Positions 19,174 to 27,916 of a stretch of DNA of 32,000 bases are shown piece by piece. The stretch spans positions 1,110,001 through 1,142,000 of the forward strand of contig NZ_LN831024.1 in the NCBI RefSeq assembly GCF_001457615.1, written 5' to 3'. The position numbers and the translations under genes were made by a program. The number at the start of each line of letters is the position of its first letter. Within the stretch, counting starts at the first letter, position 1. Source of the stretch: Pseudomonas aeruginosa (lineage in GTDB: Bacteria > Pseudomonadota > Gammaproteobacteria > Pseudomonadales > Pseudomonadaceae). The notes below the pieces were generated by a model, which saw only the letters and a list, made by a program, of their open reading frames with translations, made no database searches and was not told the origin of the DNA.

Positions 19174-20082
19174 ATGACCTTGAAATCCGTAATCAGCCTG
19201 CTGGCGACCCTGCTGATCCTGCTGGTCGCCGTATTTATCGGGCGGACCCTGTGGGTCAACTACATGGACACCCCCTGGACCCGTGACGGTCGCGTGCGCG
19301 CCGACGTGATCAATGTCGCCGCCGACGTTTCCGGGATCGTCGTCGACGTCCCGGTGCGCGACAACCAGTTGGTGAAGAAAGGCGACCTGCTGATGCAGAT
19401 CGACCCCGACCACTACCGTATTGCGGTGAAGCAGGCCGAGTCGCTGGTTGCCTCGCGCAAGGCGACCCTGGAGATGCGCCAGTTGAACGCCCGGCGGCGC
19501 GCGGAAATGGATGAGATGGTGGTCTCCCGCGAAAGCCGCGACGACGCCCACAACACCGCCGCCGCGGCGATGGCCGACTACGAGCAGGCCAAGGCCCAGC
19601 TCGACGCCGCGCGCCTGAACCTGGAGCGCACCCGGGTGGTGGCGCAGGTCGACGGCTACGTCACCAACCTCAACGTGCACCGTGGCGACTACGCGCGGGT
19701 CGGCGAGGCGAAGATGGCGGTGATCGACAAGAACTCCTACTGGGTCTACGGCTACTTCGAGGAAACCAAGCTGCCGTACATCCGCGAAGGCGACCCGGTG
19801 GACATGCAGCTGATGAGCGGCGAACACCTCAAGGGCCACGTGGAAAGCATCGCCCGCGGCATCTACGACCGCGACAACCCGGAAAGCCGCGAGCTGACCG
19901 CCGACGTCAACCCCACTTTCAACTGGGTGCGCCTGGCCCAGCGCGTGCCGGTGCGGGTACACATCGACGAAGTGCCGGACGGCGTGCTGCTCTCGGCGGG
20001 GATCACCTGCACGGTGATCGTCAAGCCGCAAGGGCGCGACGACCAGGCCTCGGCGGCGCAGGCGCCGGGGCGGGCCGGTTGA
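19174..20082 (+). CDS. HlyD-family membrane fusion protein (AaeA-like)
   Basis: 302 aa. N-terminal TM LLATLLILLVAVFIG, lipoyl-like RVRADVINVAADVSGIVVDVPVRDNQLVKKGDLLMQIDP, and a coiled-coil. Confidence 0.85.
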   Translation: MTLKSVISLLATLLILLVAVFIGRTLWVNYMDTPWTRDGRVRADVINVAADVSGIVVDVPVRDNQLVKKGDLLMQIDPDHYRIAVKQAESLVASRKATLEMRQLNARRRAEMDEMVVSRESRDDAHNTAAAAMADYEQAKAQLDAARLNLERTRVVAQVDGYVTNLNVHRGDYARVGEAKMAVIDKNSYWVYGYFEETKLPYIREGDPVDMQLMSGEHLKGHVESIARGIYDRDNPESRELTADVNPTFNWVRLAQRVPVRVHIDEVPDGVLLSAGITCTVIVKPQGRDDQASAAQAPGRAG

Positions 20083-20100
20083 GTGGAAGGGGCAGGGAGA

Positions 20101-20128
20101 AGCCCGGCGGATGCCGGGCTTTTTCGTT
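20101..20128 (+). terminator. Rho-independent terminator of the efflux operon
   Basis: agcccggc (20101-20108), loop ggat, gccgggct (20113-20120), then tttttcgttt. Confidence 0.75.
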
Positions 20129-20209
20129 TCGGCGGGGCGGAAGAGGGCGCCACTCGCCAGGAATACGCTGCGGTTGGCGGCTGCCGGCGGTGAATATCCA
20201 CCCGGCGGC

Positions 20210-21373
20210 CTAGGCCCCGACCTGTTCGGCCGGCGACACGATCAGGCCCTTGCCGCCGCGCGAGCGGCCGGAGCTGAGGTAGTCGGCGATGGATTCCTGG
20301 GTGACCTCGCCGAGGAACTGCTGGTCGGGGTCGAGCACCGGCAGCCAGGAGCTGTTGAACTCGTACATCCGCGACAACAGGATGCGCAGGTGCTCGTCGT
20401 GGCTGGCGGTGACCCGGAACGGGGTGACGAACGGTTCGCAGGTGCCTTCCTGGCGGCGCAGGTCCTTGCGTCGCACGTAGCCCAGGCCCTTGCCCTGGTC
20501 ATCCACCACGATCAGGTAGCGCCGGTCGTTCTCGTCCATCAGTTCCAGCGCCTCGGCCACCGGGGTCTGCGGCCGGGCGGTGACCAGGCTGCTGTCGGCG
20601 GCGTCTTCGGCGCGCACCAGGAGCAGGCGCTTGAGCGTGCTGTCCTGGCCGGTGAAGGCGCTGACGAACTCGTCCGCCGGGTGCGCCAGCAGGGTGTCCG
20701 GGTGGTCGTACTGGAGCAGCCGGCCGCTCTTGAACACCGCCACCTTGTCACCCAGCTTGATGGCTTCGTCGATGTCGTGGCTGACCATGATCACGGTCAT
20801 GCCGAGCTTGCGCTGCATTTCGAAGAACTCGTTCTGGATCGACTCGCGGTTGATCGGATCGACCGCGCCGAACGGCTCGTCCATCAGCAGCAGCGGCGCG
20901 TCCGCCGCCAGCGCGCGGATTACCCCGACGCGCTGCTGCTGGCCGCCGGAGAGTTCGCGCGGGTAGCGTTGCAGGTACTGCTTGGGCTCCAGCTTGACCA
21001 TGCTCATCAGCTCGCGGGCCTTCTCCTTGCAGCGCGCCTTGTCCCAGCCGAGCAGGCGCGGCACGACCATGATGTTTTCCTCGATGGTCATGTTCGGGAA
21101 CAGGCCGATCTGCTGGATCACGTAGCCGATGTGGCGGCGCAGGGTGACCTCGTCGAGGTCCGCGGTGTCCTGGCCGTCGATCAGCACGCGGCCGGAGGTC
21201 GGCGGGATGATCCGGTTGATCATCTTCAGGGTGGTGGTCTTGCCGCAGCCGGAGGGGCCGAGGAAGACGCAGATCTCGCCTTTCTCCACGGTCAGGCTGA
21301 CGGAATCGACGGCGCGGAACTCCTTGCCGTTCTTCTGGGTGAAGGTCTTGCTGAGCTTGTCCAGTTCGATCAT
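20210..21373 (-). CDS. OpuC/ProV-type osmoprotectant ABC transporter ATPase with C-terminal tandem CBS domains
   Basis: 387 aa. ATG 21373 with AGGAG upstream. Walker A GPSGCGKTT, signature LSGGQQQRV, Walker B LLLMDEPF. Confidence 0.92.
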   Translation of the reverse strand: MIELDKLSKTFTQKNGKEFRAVDSVSLTVEKGEICVFLGPSGCGKTTTLKMINRIIPPTSGRVLIDGQDTADLDEVTLRRHIGYVIQQIGLFPNMTIEENIMVVPRLLGWDKARCKEKARELMSMVKLEPKQYLQRYPRELSGGQQQRVGVIRALAADAPLLLMDEPFGAVDPINRESIQNEFFEMQRKLGMTVIMVSHDIDEAIKLGDKVAVFKSGRLLQYDHPDTLLAHPADEFVSAFTGQDSTLKRLLLVRAEDAADSSLVTARPQTPVAEALELMDENDRRYLIVVDDQGKGLGYVRRKDLRRQEGTCEPFVTPFRVTASHDEHLRILLSRMYEFNSSWLPVLDPDQQFLGEVTQESIADYLSSGRSRGGKGLIVSPAEQVGA

Positions 21374-21385
21374 GTTCGGCTCCTG

Positions 21386-22048
21386 TCAGTGCGCGCTGGC
21401 GCGCAGTCCCTTGGGGGTGAGGATGCGTTGCAGCCATTGCAGCAGCAGGTCGGCGACGATGGCCAGGAGGCTGACCAGTACCGCGCCGACCACCAGCATC
21501 GGCATGTTGCTCTGGCTGATGGAAGTGAGGATCAGCACGCCCAGGCCGCCGGCGCCGATCACCGCGGCGATGGTCATCACGCCGATGTTCATCACCACGG
21601 CGGTGCGTACGCCGGCGAGGATCACCGGCACCGCGAGGGGAATGTCGACCATCCGCAGGCGTTGCCAGAAGGTCATGCCGATGCCCTTGCCGGCCTCGCG
21701 GATGCCCGCTTCGACGCCGGTCAGGGCGAGGTAGGTGTTGCGCAGGATCGGCAGCAGCGAATAGAGGAACACCGCGGTGATCGCCGGCAGCGGCCCGAGG
21801 CCCTGGCCGAATACCGAGTAGACCGGCATCAGCAGGCCGAACAGGGCGATCGAGGGGATGGTCAGCATCACCGTGGCGGCGCCCTGCAGCGGGCCGGCCA
21901 GCCACGTGAAGCGGGTCATCAGCACGCCCAGCGGCACGCCGACGAGGATCGCCAGGCCTACGGCGACCAGTACCAGCAGCAGGTGCTGGAGGGTGAGCTG
22001 GCCGACCTGGGACCAGTCGAGATGGGAAAGCACGCTGAAGAAGTCCAT
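21386..22048 (-). CDS. ABC transporter permease (BPD_transp_1 type, glycine betaine/choline/carnitine family)
   Basis: 220 aa, polytopic. The start overlaps the binding-protein stop by 1 nt (TAATG). Confidence 0.88.
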   Translation of the reverse strand: MDFFSVLSHLDWSQVGQLTLQHLLLVLVAVGLAILVGVPLGVLMTRFTWLAGPLQGAATVMLTIPSIALFGLLMPVYSVFGQGLGPLPAITAVFLYSLLPILRNTYLALTGVEAGIREAGKGIGMTFWQRLRMVDIPLAVPVILAGVRTAVVMNIGVMTIAAVIGAGGLGVLILTSISQSNMPMLVVGAVLVSLLAIVADLLLQWLQRILTPKGLRASAH

Positions 22049-22983
22049 TACTGGCTACCTCCCTGGCCGGCCTGGCCGTCGTCGAGCAGGTGGTGTTCGC
22101 GGAGGAAGTCGGCGGCGACCTTCTGTGGCGTCTGCTGCTCGATATCGACCCGCGCGTTGAGCGCCTGCATGGTGGCGTCGTCGAGCCGCTCGATGATCGG
22201 ATCGAACAGCGTGGCGAACTCCGGATGGCGCTGCATGACCTCCTTACGCACCACCGGGGCGGCGTTGTAGAAGGGGAAGTACTGCTTGTCGTCCTTCAGC
22301 ACGCGCAGCTTGAAATCCTTCAGGCGGCCGTCGGTGGTGTAGACGAGGCCGAGGAACACCTGGCGGTTCTTCAGCGCGGTGTAGACCAGCCCGGCGTCCA
22401 TCTGGCGGATGTCGTTGCGGGTGAAGTGCAGGCCGTACAGCTCGCTCATGGGGCCGAGGCCGTCGGGGCGGCCGGCGAACTCCGGGTCCATGGCGAACAG
22501 GTGGGTGCTCCCGGGCTCGGCCTCCTGCTGTTCGGCGAGCACCCGCGCGAGATCGCTGACGCTCTGGATGCCCAGGTGCTCGGCCTGTTCCTCGGGCATG
22601 GCCAGGGCATAGGTGTTGTTGAAGCGGGTCGGCTTCAGCCAGACCAGGCCCTGGGCTTCGTCGAGTTGCTTGACCCGGCGGTAGGAAGCCGCGGCGTCGA
22701 GCTTCTCGTCGATGTGGTTGTAGACGATCAGCGACGAGCCGGTGTACTCCCAGACGATATCCAGTTGGCCGCTTTCCTGGGCGGCGCGGGCCAGGGTGCT
22801 GCCCAGGCCGGTGGTGACCGTCACGTCGTAGCCGCGCTTCTGCAGGAACTGCGCGGTGATGGCGGTGAGGATGCGCTGCTCGGTGAAGGTCTTGCCGCCG
22901 ATGCGCAGGGTTTCCGCCTGCGCCAGGCCGGCGGCGAACAGGCCGGCGCAGGCCAGGCAGAGTGAGCGGATCAGTCGGTTCAT
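22048..22983 (-). CDS. Periplasmic substrate-binding protein, OpuAC/OpuCC family
   Basis: ATG 22983 overlaps the upstream permease stop (TGATG). 311 aa. Signal peptide MNRLIRSLCLACAGLFAAGLAQA followed by ETLRIGGKTFTEQRIL. The track ORF upstream of this Met is junk. Confidence 0.88.
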   Translation of the reverse strand: MNRLIRSLCLACAGLFAAGLAQAETLRIGGKTFTEQRILTAITAQFLQKRGYDVTVTTGLGSTLARAAQESGQLDIVWEYTGSSLIVYNHIDEKLDAAASYRRVKQLDEAQGLVWLKPTRFNNTYALAMPEEQAEHLGIQSVSDLARVLAEQQEAEPGSTHLFAMDPEFAGRPDGLGPMSELYGLHFTRNDIRQMDAGLVYTALKNRQVFLGLVYTTDGRLKDFKLRVLKDDKQYFPFYNAAPVVRKEVMQRHPEFATLFDPIIERLDDATMQALNARVDIEQQTPQKVAADFLREHHLLDDGQAGQGGSQ

Positions 22984-23705
22984 CAGGCCTCCTTGGCGGT
23001 CAGGCCGCGTTCCAGGAACATGCGGCTGAACAGCACCACCAGGGCGTCCAGCAGCAGGGCGAGGAGCGCCGTGCAGGCGGCGCCGAGCAGCAGTTGCTGG
23101 TGGTTGTTCAGGTAGATGCCGGGGAAGATCAGGCTGCCCAGGCTGTTGGCGCCGATCAGGAACGCCAGCGGCGCGGAGCCGACGTTCAGTGCCAGGGCCA
23201 CGCGCACGCCGCCGACGATGATCGGCACCGCGTTCGGCAGTTCCACCCGCAGCAGCACCTGGTTGGGCGTCATGCCGATGCCGGTGGCGGCTTCCTTCAG
23301 CGCCGGCGAGACATTGCGCAGGCCCTCGTAGGTGTTGCGCACGATCGGCAGCAGCGAGGCGAGGAACAGGGCGAGGATTGCCGGGCCGTTGCCGATGCCG
23401 ATGATCGCCAGGGCGATGGCCAGCACCGCCAGCGGCGGGATGGTGTTGCCGACGTTGAACACCTGCATCAGGCGTTCGGCCTGGGCCTGCATGCCGGGAC
23501 GGCTGAGCAGGATGCCGGCCGGCACGCCGACCAGCAGGGCGGCCGCCATCGAACTGAAGACCAGCACCAGGTGGGCCTGCAAGTAGAACAGCAGGTCCTC
23601 GCGGTAGTGGAGGATGGTCGCGGGGGTGATCCAGTGGATCAGCAAGGCCAGTACGGCGGCTGCGGCGCAGAGGCCGAGCAGGGCCTTGCCACAGGTTTTC
23701 ACCAT
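22983..23705 (-). CDS. ABC transporter permease, first gene of the osmoprotectant operon
   Basis: 240 aa. ATG 23705 preceded by AAGGGAG. Polytopic. Confidence 0.88.
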   Translation of the reverse strand: MVKTCGKALLGLCAAAAVLALLIHWITPATILHYREDLLFYLQAHLVLVFSSMAAALLVGVPAGILLSRPGMQAQAERLMQVFNVGNTIPPLAVLAIALAIIGIGNGPAILALFLASLLPIVRNTYEGLRNVSPALKEAATGIGMTPNQVLLRVELPNAVPIIVGGVRVALALNVGSAPLAFLIGANSLGSLIFPGIYLNNHQQLLLGAACTALLALLLDALVVLFSRMFLERGLTAKEA

Positions 23706-24146
23706 GGTCGGGACTCCCTTCGGAATGAGCGTTGGCTACGCTGTCGGGCGCTTCGTCGAAGCGCGGAAACAGGCCGGAAATCAAAGGCTTCGGATGGGCA
23801 CCGAATTCCCGACCCTGAAAGGGTTGACCGTTCGTCGTTCGCGGAGGTTCAACGAAACGGCCATGCTTGTGCCATGACCGGGCCTGGGCAAGCGGCCGCA
23901 GCCGCCGTCTCGCCTGGGCTGGCGGCGAACGAAGAAATTTTCCCGGGGAAGCGGTCGATAATGGCGCTGCCGTGTCGGCGGCGCGCCATGCACCGTATCG
24001 GTGCGCTGGACGTCCAGGGCTTTTCTGCGGTTATGATGCGGGTTCCGAAATTTTCTCGGGCTTTTCCAGACATTCGCACCCCACGGTTCACGGATCGGCC
24101 TTTTGGGGTAGGTGTTTTACCTTCTGCTAAGGGAGTACCCCGCGTC

Positions 24147-25421
24147 ATGCTCGATCTCGTCGCGGCATTCATTGCCTTGACCACCTTGCTCACCTACGTG
24201 AACTACCGCTTCATCCGCCTGCCGCCGACCATCGGCGTGATGGCCACGGCGCTGGTGTTCTCGCTGATCGTCCAGGGGCTGTCGGAACTGGGCTATCCGA
24301 TCCTCGAGGTGGAGATGCAGGAAATCATCCGCCGCATCGACTTCTCCGAAGTGCTGATGACCTGGTTCCTGCCCGCGCTGCTGTTCGCCGGCGCACTGCA
24401 CGTCGACCTCTCCGACCTGCGCAGCTACAAGTGGCCGATCGGCCTGCTGGCCACCGCCGGGGTGCTGATCGCCACCTTCGTCATCGGTGGCCTGGCCTAC
24501 TACACCTTCCCGCTGTTCGGCTGGCAGGTGGATTTCATCTACTGCCTGCTGTTCGGCGCGCTGATCTCGCCGACCGACCCCATTGCCGTGCTCGGCATCC
24601 TCAAGTCCGCCGGCGCGCCGAAACCGCTGGCGACCACCATCGTCGGCGAGTCGCTGTTCAACGACGGCACCGCGGTGGTGGTGTTCGCCATCATCCTCGG
24701 CATCCTCCAGCTCGGCGAGGCGCCCACGGTCAGCGCCACGGCGATCCTCTTCGTCCAGGAAGCCATCGGCGGCGTGGTCTTCGGTGCGGTGCTCGGCTAC
24801 GGCGTGTTCGTGATGATGCGCGGCATCGACCAGTACCAGGTGGAGGTCATGCTGACCCTCGCCCTGGTCATCGGCGGTGCCGCGCTGGCCGCGCGCCTGC
24901 ACGTATCGGCGCCGATCGCGATGGTGGTGGCCGGGCTGATCATCGGCAACCACGGACGCCACTACGCGATGTCGGACGAGACCCGGCGCTACGTGGACAA
25001 GTTCTGGGAACTGATCGACGAGATCCTCAACGCCCTGCTGTTCGCCCTGATCGGCCTGGAGCTGCTGCTGTTGCCGTTCTCCTGGCTGCACGTGGCGGCG
25101 GCCTTCGCCCTAGGCGGCGCGGTGCTGGTCTCGCGCCTGCTCACGGTGGGCCCGGCGATCCTGGTCCTGCGCCGTTTCCGTGGCGCCAACCGGCAGGTAC
25201 CGGCGGGCACCATCCGCATCCTGGTCTGGGGTGGGCTGCGCGGCGGCGTCTCGGTGGCGCTGGCGCTGTCCCTGCCGTTGGGGCCGGAGCGCGACCTGAT
25301 CCTCAGCCTGACCTACATCGTGGTGCTGGTATCGATCCTGCTCCAGGGGCTTTCCATCGGCCCGCTGGTGCGTCGTATCTACGCCGGCCAGCCGCTGGAG
25401 AAAAGCGAGGGGGCGCACTGA
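24147..25421 (+). CDS. nhaP: CPA1-family Na+/H+ antiporter
   Basis: ATG 24147 with GGGAG at 24131-24135. 424 aa, about 12 TM, with the conserved ESLFNDGTAVV block. The track ORF 22962-25421 upstream of this Met is antisense junk. Confidence 0.9.
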   Translation: MLDLVAAFIALTTLLTYVNYRFIRLPPTIGVMATALVFSLIVQGLSELGYPILEVEMQEIIRRIDFSEVLMTWFLPALLFAGALHVDLSDLRSYKWPIGLLATAGVLIATFVIGGLAYYTFPLFGWQVDFIYCLLFGALISPTDPIAVLGILKSAGAPKPLATTIVGESLFNDGTAVVVFAIILGILQLGEAPTVSATAILFVQEAIGGVVFGAVLGYGVFVMMRGIDQYQVEVMLTLALVIGGAALAARLHVSAPIAMVVAGLIIGNHGRHYAMSDETRRYVDKFWELIDEILNALLFALIGLELLLLPFSWLHVAAAFALGGAVLVSRLLTVGPAILVLRRFRGANRQVPAGTIRILVWGGLRGGVSVALALSLPLGPERDLILSLTYIVVLVSILLQGLSIGPLVRRIYAGQPLEKSEGAH

Positions 25422-25442
25422 GCGCAGCCTTCGCAAAGCGAG

Positions 25443-25467
25443 CGCCCGCCGTCATGGCGGGCGTTTT
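25443..25467. terminator. Rho-independent terminator after nhaP, shared with the convergent small gene
   Basis: cgcccgcc (25443-25450), loop gtcat, ggcgggcg (25456-25463), then tttt. Confidence 0.75.
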
Positions 25468-25479
25468 CGTTGGCGGCCA

Positions 25480-25725
25480 TCAGGCGCTGTCCTGTGGCGC
25501 TTCGTTGCGATGGGTGCCGCGCAGGTTCATCGCCGCCAGGCAGACCTGCAGCAGGATCAGCGCATAGGCCTGGGCGTACAGGCCCCAGGCGATCCACAGC
25601 AGGTTGCTGGCGAGGAACACCCAGAAGCCGACCTTGCGTCTTCGCCGATGCGCCGACGCCACCAGCCAGGCGGCCACCACCGTGACCAGCATGGCGGGCC
25701 ATTGCAGGTAGTCCAGCCAGTGCAT
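25480..25725 (-). CDS. Small 3-TM membrane protein (81 aa), possibly resembling a PnuC-half or SemiSWEET fold
   Basis: ATG 25725 with AGGA 7 nt upstream. Three hydrophobic segments with an RRRRK loop. Lies 29 nt downstream of the HAD gene on the same strand. The fold assignment is my impression only. Confidence 0.6.
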   Translation of the reverse strand: MHWLDYLQWPAMLVTVVAAWLVASAHRRRRKVGFWVFLASNLLWIAWGLYAQAYALILLQVCLAAMNLRGTHRNEAPQDSA

Positions 25726-25754
25726 GCGTGCATCCTTTTTCCGACCTTTGAGGG

Positions 25755-26654
25755 TCAGACCAGCCCTGGCGCGGCAAAGTGCGGTCGGATCGGATAGCCG
25801 TGCAGCAGCGACCTGACCCGCTCCTCGTCGAGTGCTCCGTTGAACTCGGCGCCCAGGGCTTCGCGGTGGATGCCGGTGGCGCCCAGCCAGAGCGTATCGA
25901 TGCGCGCGGCGAGGGCGCCGGGGACGTCGGTCACCAGCGAGTCGCCGACGAACAGGATGTGCCGCGCGCCGCGCGCTTCCAGTTGCCGCTGGGCGATGCG
26001 GAAGGCCGCCGGGTCGGGCTTGCCGTACCAGCTGACCTGGCCGCCTTCCTCGCTGAACAGCTCGGCGAGCATGCCCGCGCCGTATACCGTGCGGCCGCCG
26101 GAAACCACCACGCGGTCCGGGTTGGCGCAGAGGAACGGTAGGTCGGTGGCGCCGCGCAGGGGCGCGAAGCGCTGTTCCAGTTCATCCTGGGGAAAGCTGC
26201 CGACGCCGACGATCAGCGCCGCCTGGGCGATGTCCTCGACGAAGCGCTCGCGGATTTCCGCCGGCCAGCTCTGCTGGGCCAGGCCGACGCCGGCCAGGTA
26301 GATACCGCCACGCCGGTATTCGGCGGTTTGCAGCAGGGCGTCGATGGTCAACTGGCCGGACGTGGTGATGCCGGCGAACCAGTCGCGCCGGATGCCCAGG
26401 CGCTCGAGCCCGGCGCTCATTTCCGCCACGCTGCTGGACGAGTTGCTGAGGAACCAGACCGGGCGGCCTTCGGCGTGCCGCCGGGCGAGCCAGGCAAGGG
26501 CGCCGGGGAACGCCTCGGCGCCGTCCATCACTACGCCCCAGAGATCGAGAAGGAAGCCGTCATAGTCGGCGCAGAGCACCTCCAGTTGCGCATGGTCGAG
26601 CAGGCGGGTGCTGGTGGCGGCGCTGAAGCGCGGGGAGGTCGGGGCATCGCTCAT
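25755..26654 (-). CDS. HAD-superfamily (subfamily IIA-like) hydrolase/phosphatase
   Basis: ATG 26654, 299 aa. Motif I LLDLWGVV (a DxxG variant of DxD), motif II FLSNSS, and late motifs YGKPD and FVGDSLVTD. The track ORF's first 58 aa are junk. Confidence 0.8.
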   Translation of the reverse strand: MSDAPTSPRFSAATSTRLLDHAQLEVLCADYDGFLLDLWGVVMDGAEAFPGALAWLARRHAEGRPVWFLSNSSSSVAEMSAGLERLGIRRDWFAGITTSGQLTIDALLQTAEYRRGGIYLAGVGLAQQSWPAEIRERFVEDIAQAALIVGVGSFPQDELEQRFAPLRGATDLPFLCANPDRVVVSGGRTVYGAGMLAELFSEEGGQVSWYGKPDPAAFRIAQRQLEARGARHILFVGDSLVTDVPGALAARIDTLWLGATGIHREALGAEFNGALDEERVRSLLHGYPIRPHFAAPGLV

Positions 26655-26758
26655 GGGAGTCTCGTCGCGGCTGTCGAAGTGGGCCGCCGCGTGCGGCGGC
26701 GAGTCCCAAGGGTGCCAAACTTGCGTGACGGGACCAAGCCTTTCGGCCCTGCGCGTGT

Positions 26759-27415
26759 TTACGGCCGGTCGAGCGCCTGGGCCATCCACTCGCGCACATG
26801 GCAGACGGCGAAGCGCGACGGGCTGCATTCGCCGTTGGCCATCGCCAGGCGCAGGCCGTCGACGTCGGCGCCGCGCACATAGGCGCTGGCGTCGCGCATG
26901 TCGTCCTCGTCGCCGAAACCGCCGTGCTGCATTTCCTCCAGCGCGGCCTGCTTGTCCCAGCCCTGCACGACGATGCGGTACATGGCGGCGAACAGTCCGG
27001 TGCGGTTGTTGCCGTGCTTGCAGTGCATCAGTACCGGGCCTTCGCGCTCGGCGGCCTGCAACTGGCGGAGGACGCTGAGCACCTCGGCGTCGTCGACCCG
27101 GTCGGCGTGGGTCGGCAGGCTGAGCACCCGCACCGGAGCCTGGCCCAGCCAGGCGCGGTCGTCGTCCTTGATGAAGCTGACCACCGTCTTCACCTGCAGG
27201 CGTTGCAGCAGCGCGACGCTCTGTGCGTTGGGCAGCGCGCTGCGATAGAGGGTGGGGCTCATGCGGTAGAGGTTGATCGACGGGTCGACCGCTTGCGCCC
27301 AGGCTGGCGAACGCGTGGCGGCAGTCTCGGCGGCATGCAGCGGGCCGCCGAGCAGGAAGGCGCCGAGCACGGCGGCGAGGAGCAGGCGGAGCCAGGCGAG
27401 CGGTGAACGGTGCAT
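26759..27415 (-). CDS. tpbA: Periplasmic dual-specificity/tyrosine phosphatase
   Basis: 218 aa. Signal peptide MHRSPLAWLRLLLAAVLGAFLLGGPLHA. PTP loop HCKHGNNRTG (CX5R). The symbol is from memory of PA3885. Confidence 0.88.
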   Translation of the reverse strand: MHRSPLAWLRLLLAAVLGAFLLGGPLHAAETAATRSPAWAQAVDPSINLYRMSPTLYRSALPNAQSVALLQRLQVKTVVSFIKDDDRAWLGQAPVRVLSLPTHADRVDDAEVLSVLRQLQAAEREGPVLMHCKHGNNRTGLFAAMYRIVVQGWDKQAALEEMQHGGFGDEDDMRDASAYVRGADVDGLRLAMANGECSPSRFAVCHVREWMAQALDRP

Positions 27416-27509
27416 GTCGGCCTCGTGCGGTGGGTGGCCAACACTAGGCGAGGGCGGGTCAAGCCGAGCTGAAGAGAATGTGAAGAATTCGTTGAGGCAG
27501 CCTCACCTG

Positions 27510-27896
27510 TCAGCGCAGGAAGAATCCATAGACCCTGCCGGAGAAGAACACCAGCAACAGCGCCGGATAGCACAGGTAGTGCAGCACCACGATGAGCAGT
27601 GCCGCCGGGCTGGGATCGCCTTTCAGCGAGGCGAGGCCGACCAGCAGCAGGTAAAGGACCCCGAGCACTCCGCCATACAGGGCGACCAGGCGCAAGCGCT
27701 CGCCCCAGGTCGGCCAGCGCCGCTGCGCGCGGGCGAACCACCAGGCCAGGCCGCCGGCGACCAGCGCGGCGATCAGCAGGCTGGCCGGCAGGCCGCCGAA
27801 GCGGACCACCCCGCGCAGCAGCACGTTGAGCAGGATCGCCGCGGCGATCCCGGCCAGGGCGTAGTAGCGGATGGGTACGGCAAGGCGGTCGCCCAT
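27510..27896 (-). CDS. Hypothetical 4-TM membrane protein (128 aa)
   Basis: ATG 27896 preceded by AGGAGA, 20 nt after the SDR stop. Hydrophobic throughout. This is only the last 128 codons of track ORF 27510-29159. Confidence 0.6.
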   Translation of the reverse strand: MGDRLAVPIRYYALAGIAAAILLNVLLRGVVRFGGLPASLLIAALVAGGLAWWFARAQRRWPTWGERLRLVALYGGVLGVLYLLLVGLASLKGDPSPAALLIVVLHYLCYPALLLVFFSGRVYGFFLR

Positions 27897-27916
27897 GGCG
27901 GTATCTCCTGGCGGTT

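Noticed and set aside
20111-24146. ORFs 20111-22270 (+, 719 aa), 20748-21905 (-), the upstream part of 22048-23784 (-), and the upstream part of 22962-25421 (+)
   Set aside because: They are shadows of the four ABC transporter genes. The real starts are defined by RBSs and 1-nt overlaps, and the shadows have Arg/Gly/His-rich junk composition.
24117-25567. ORFs 24117-25091 (-) and 24431-25567 (+)
   Set aside because: They are antisense or out-of-frame to nhaP, which matches the expected 424-aa antiporter.
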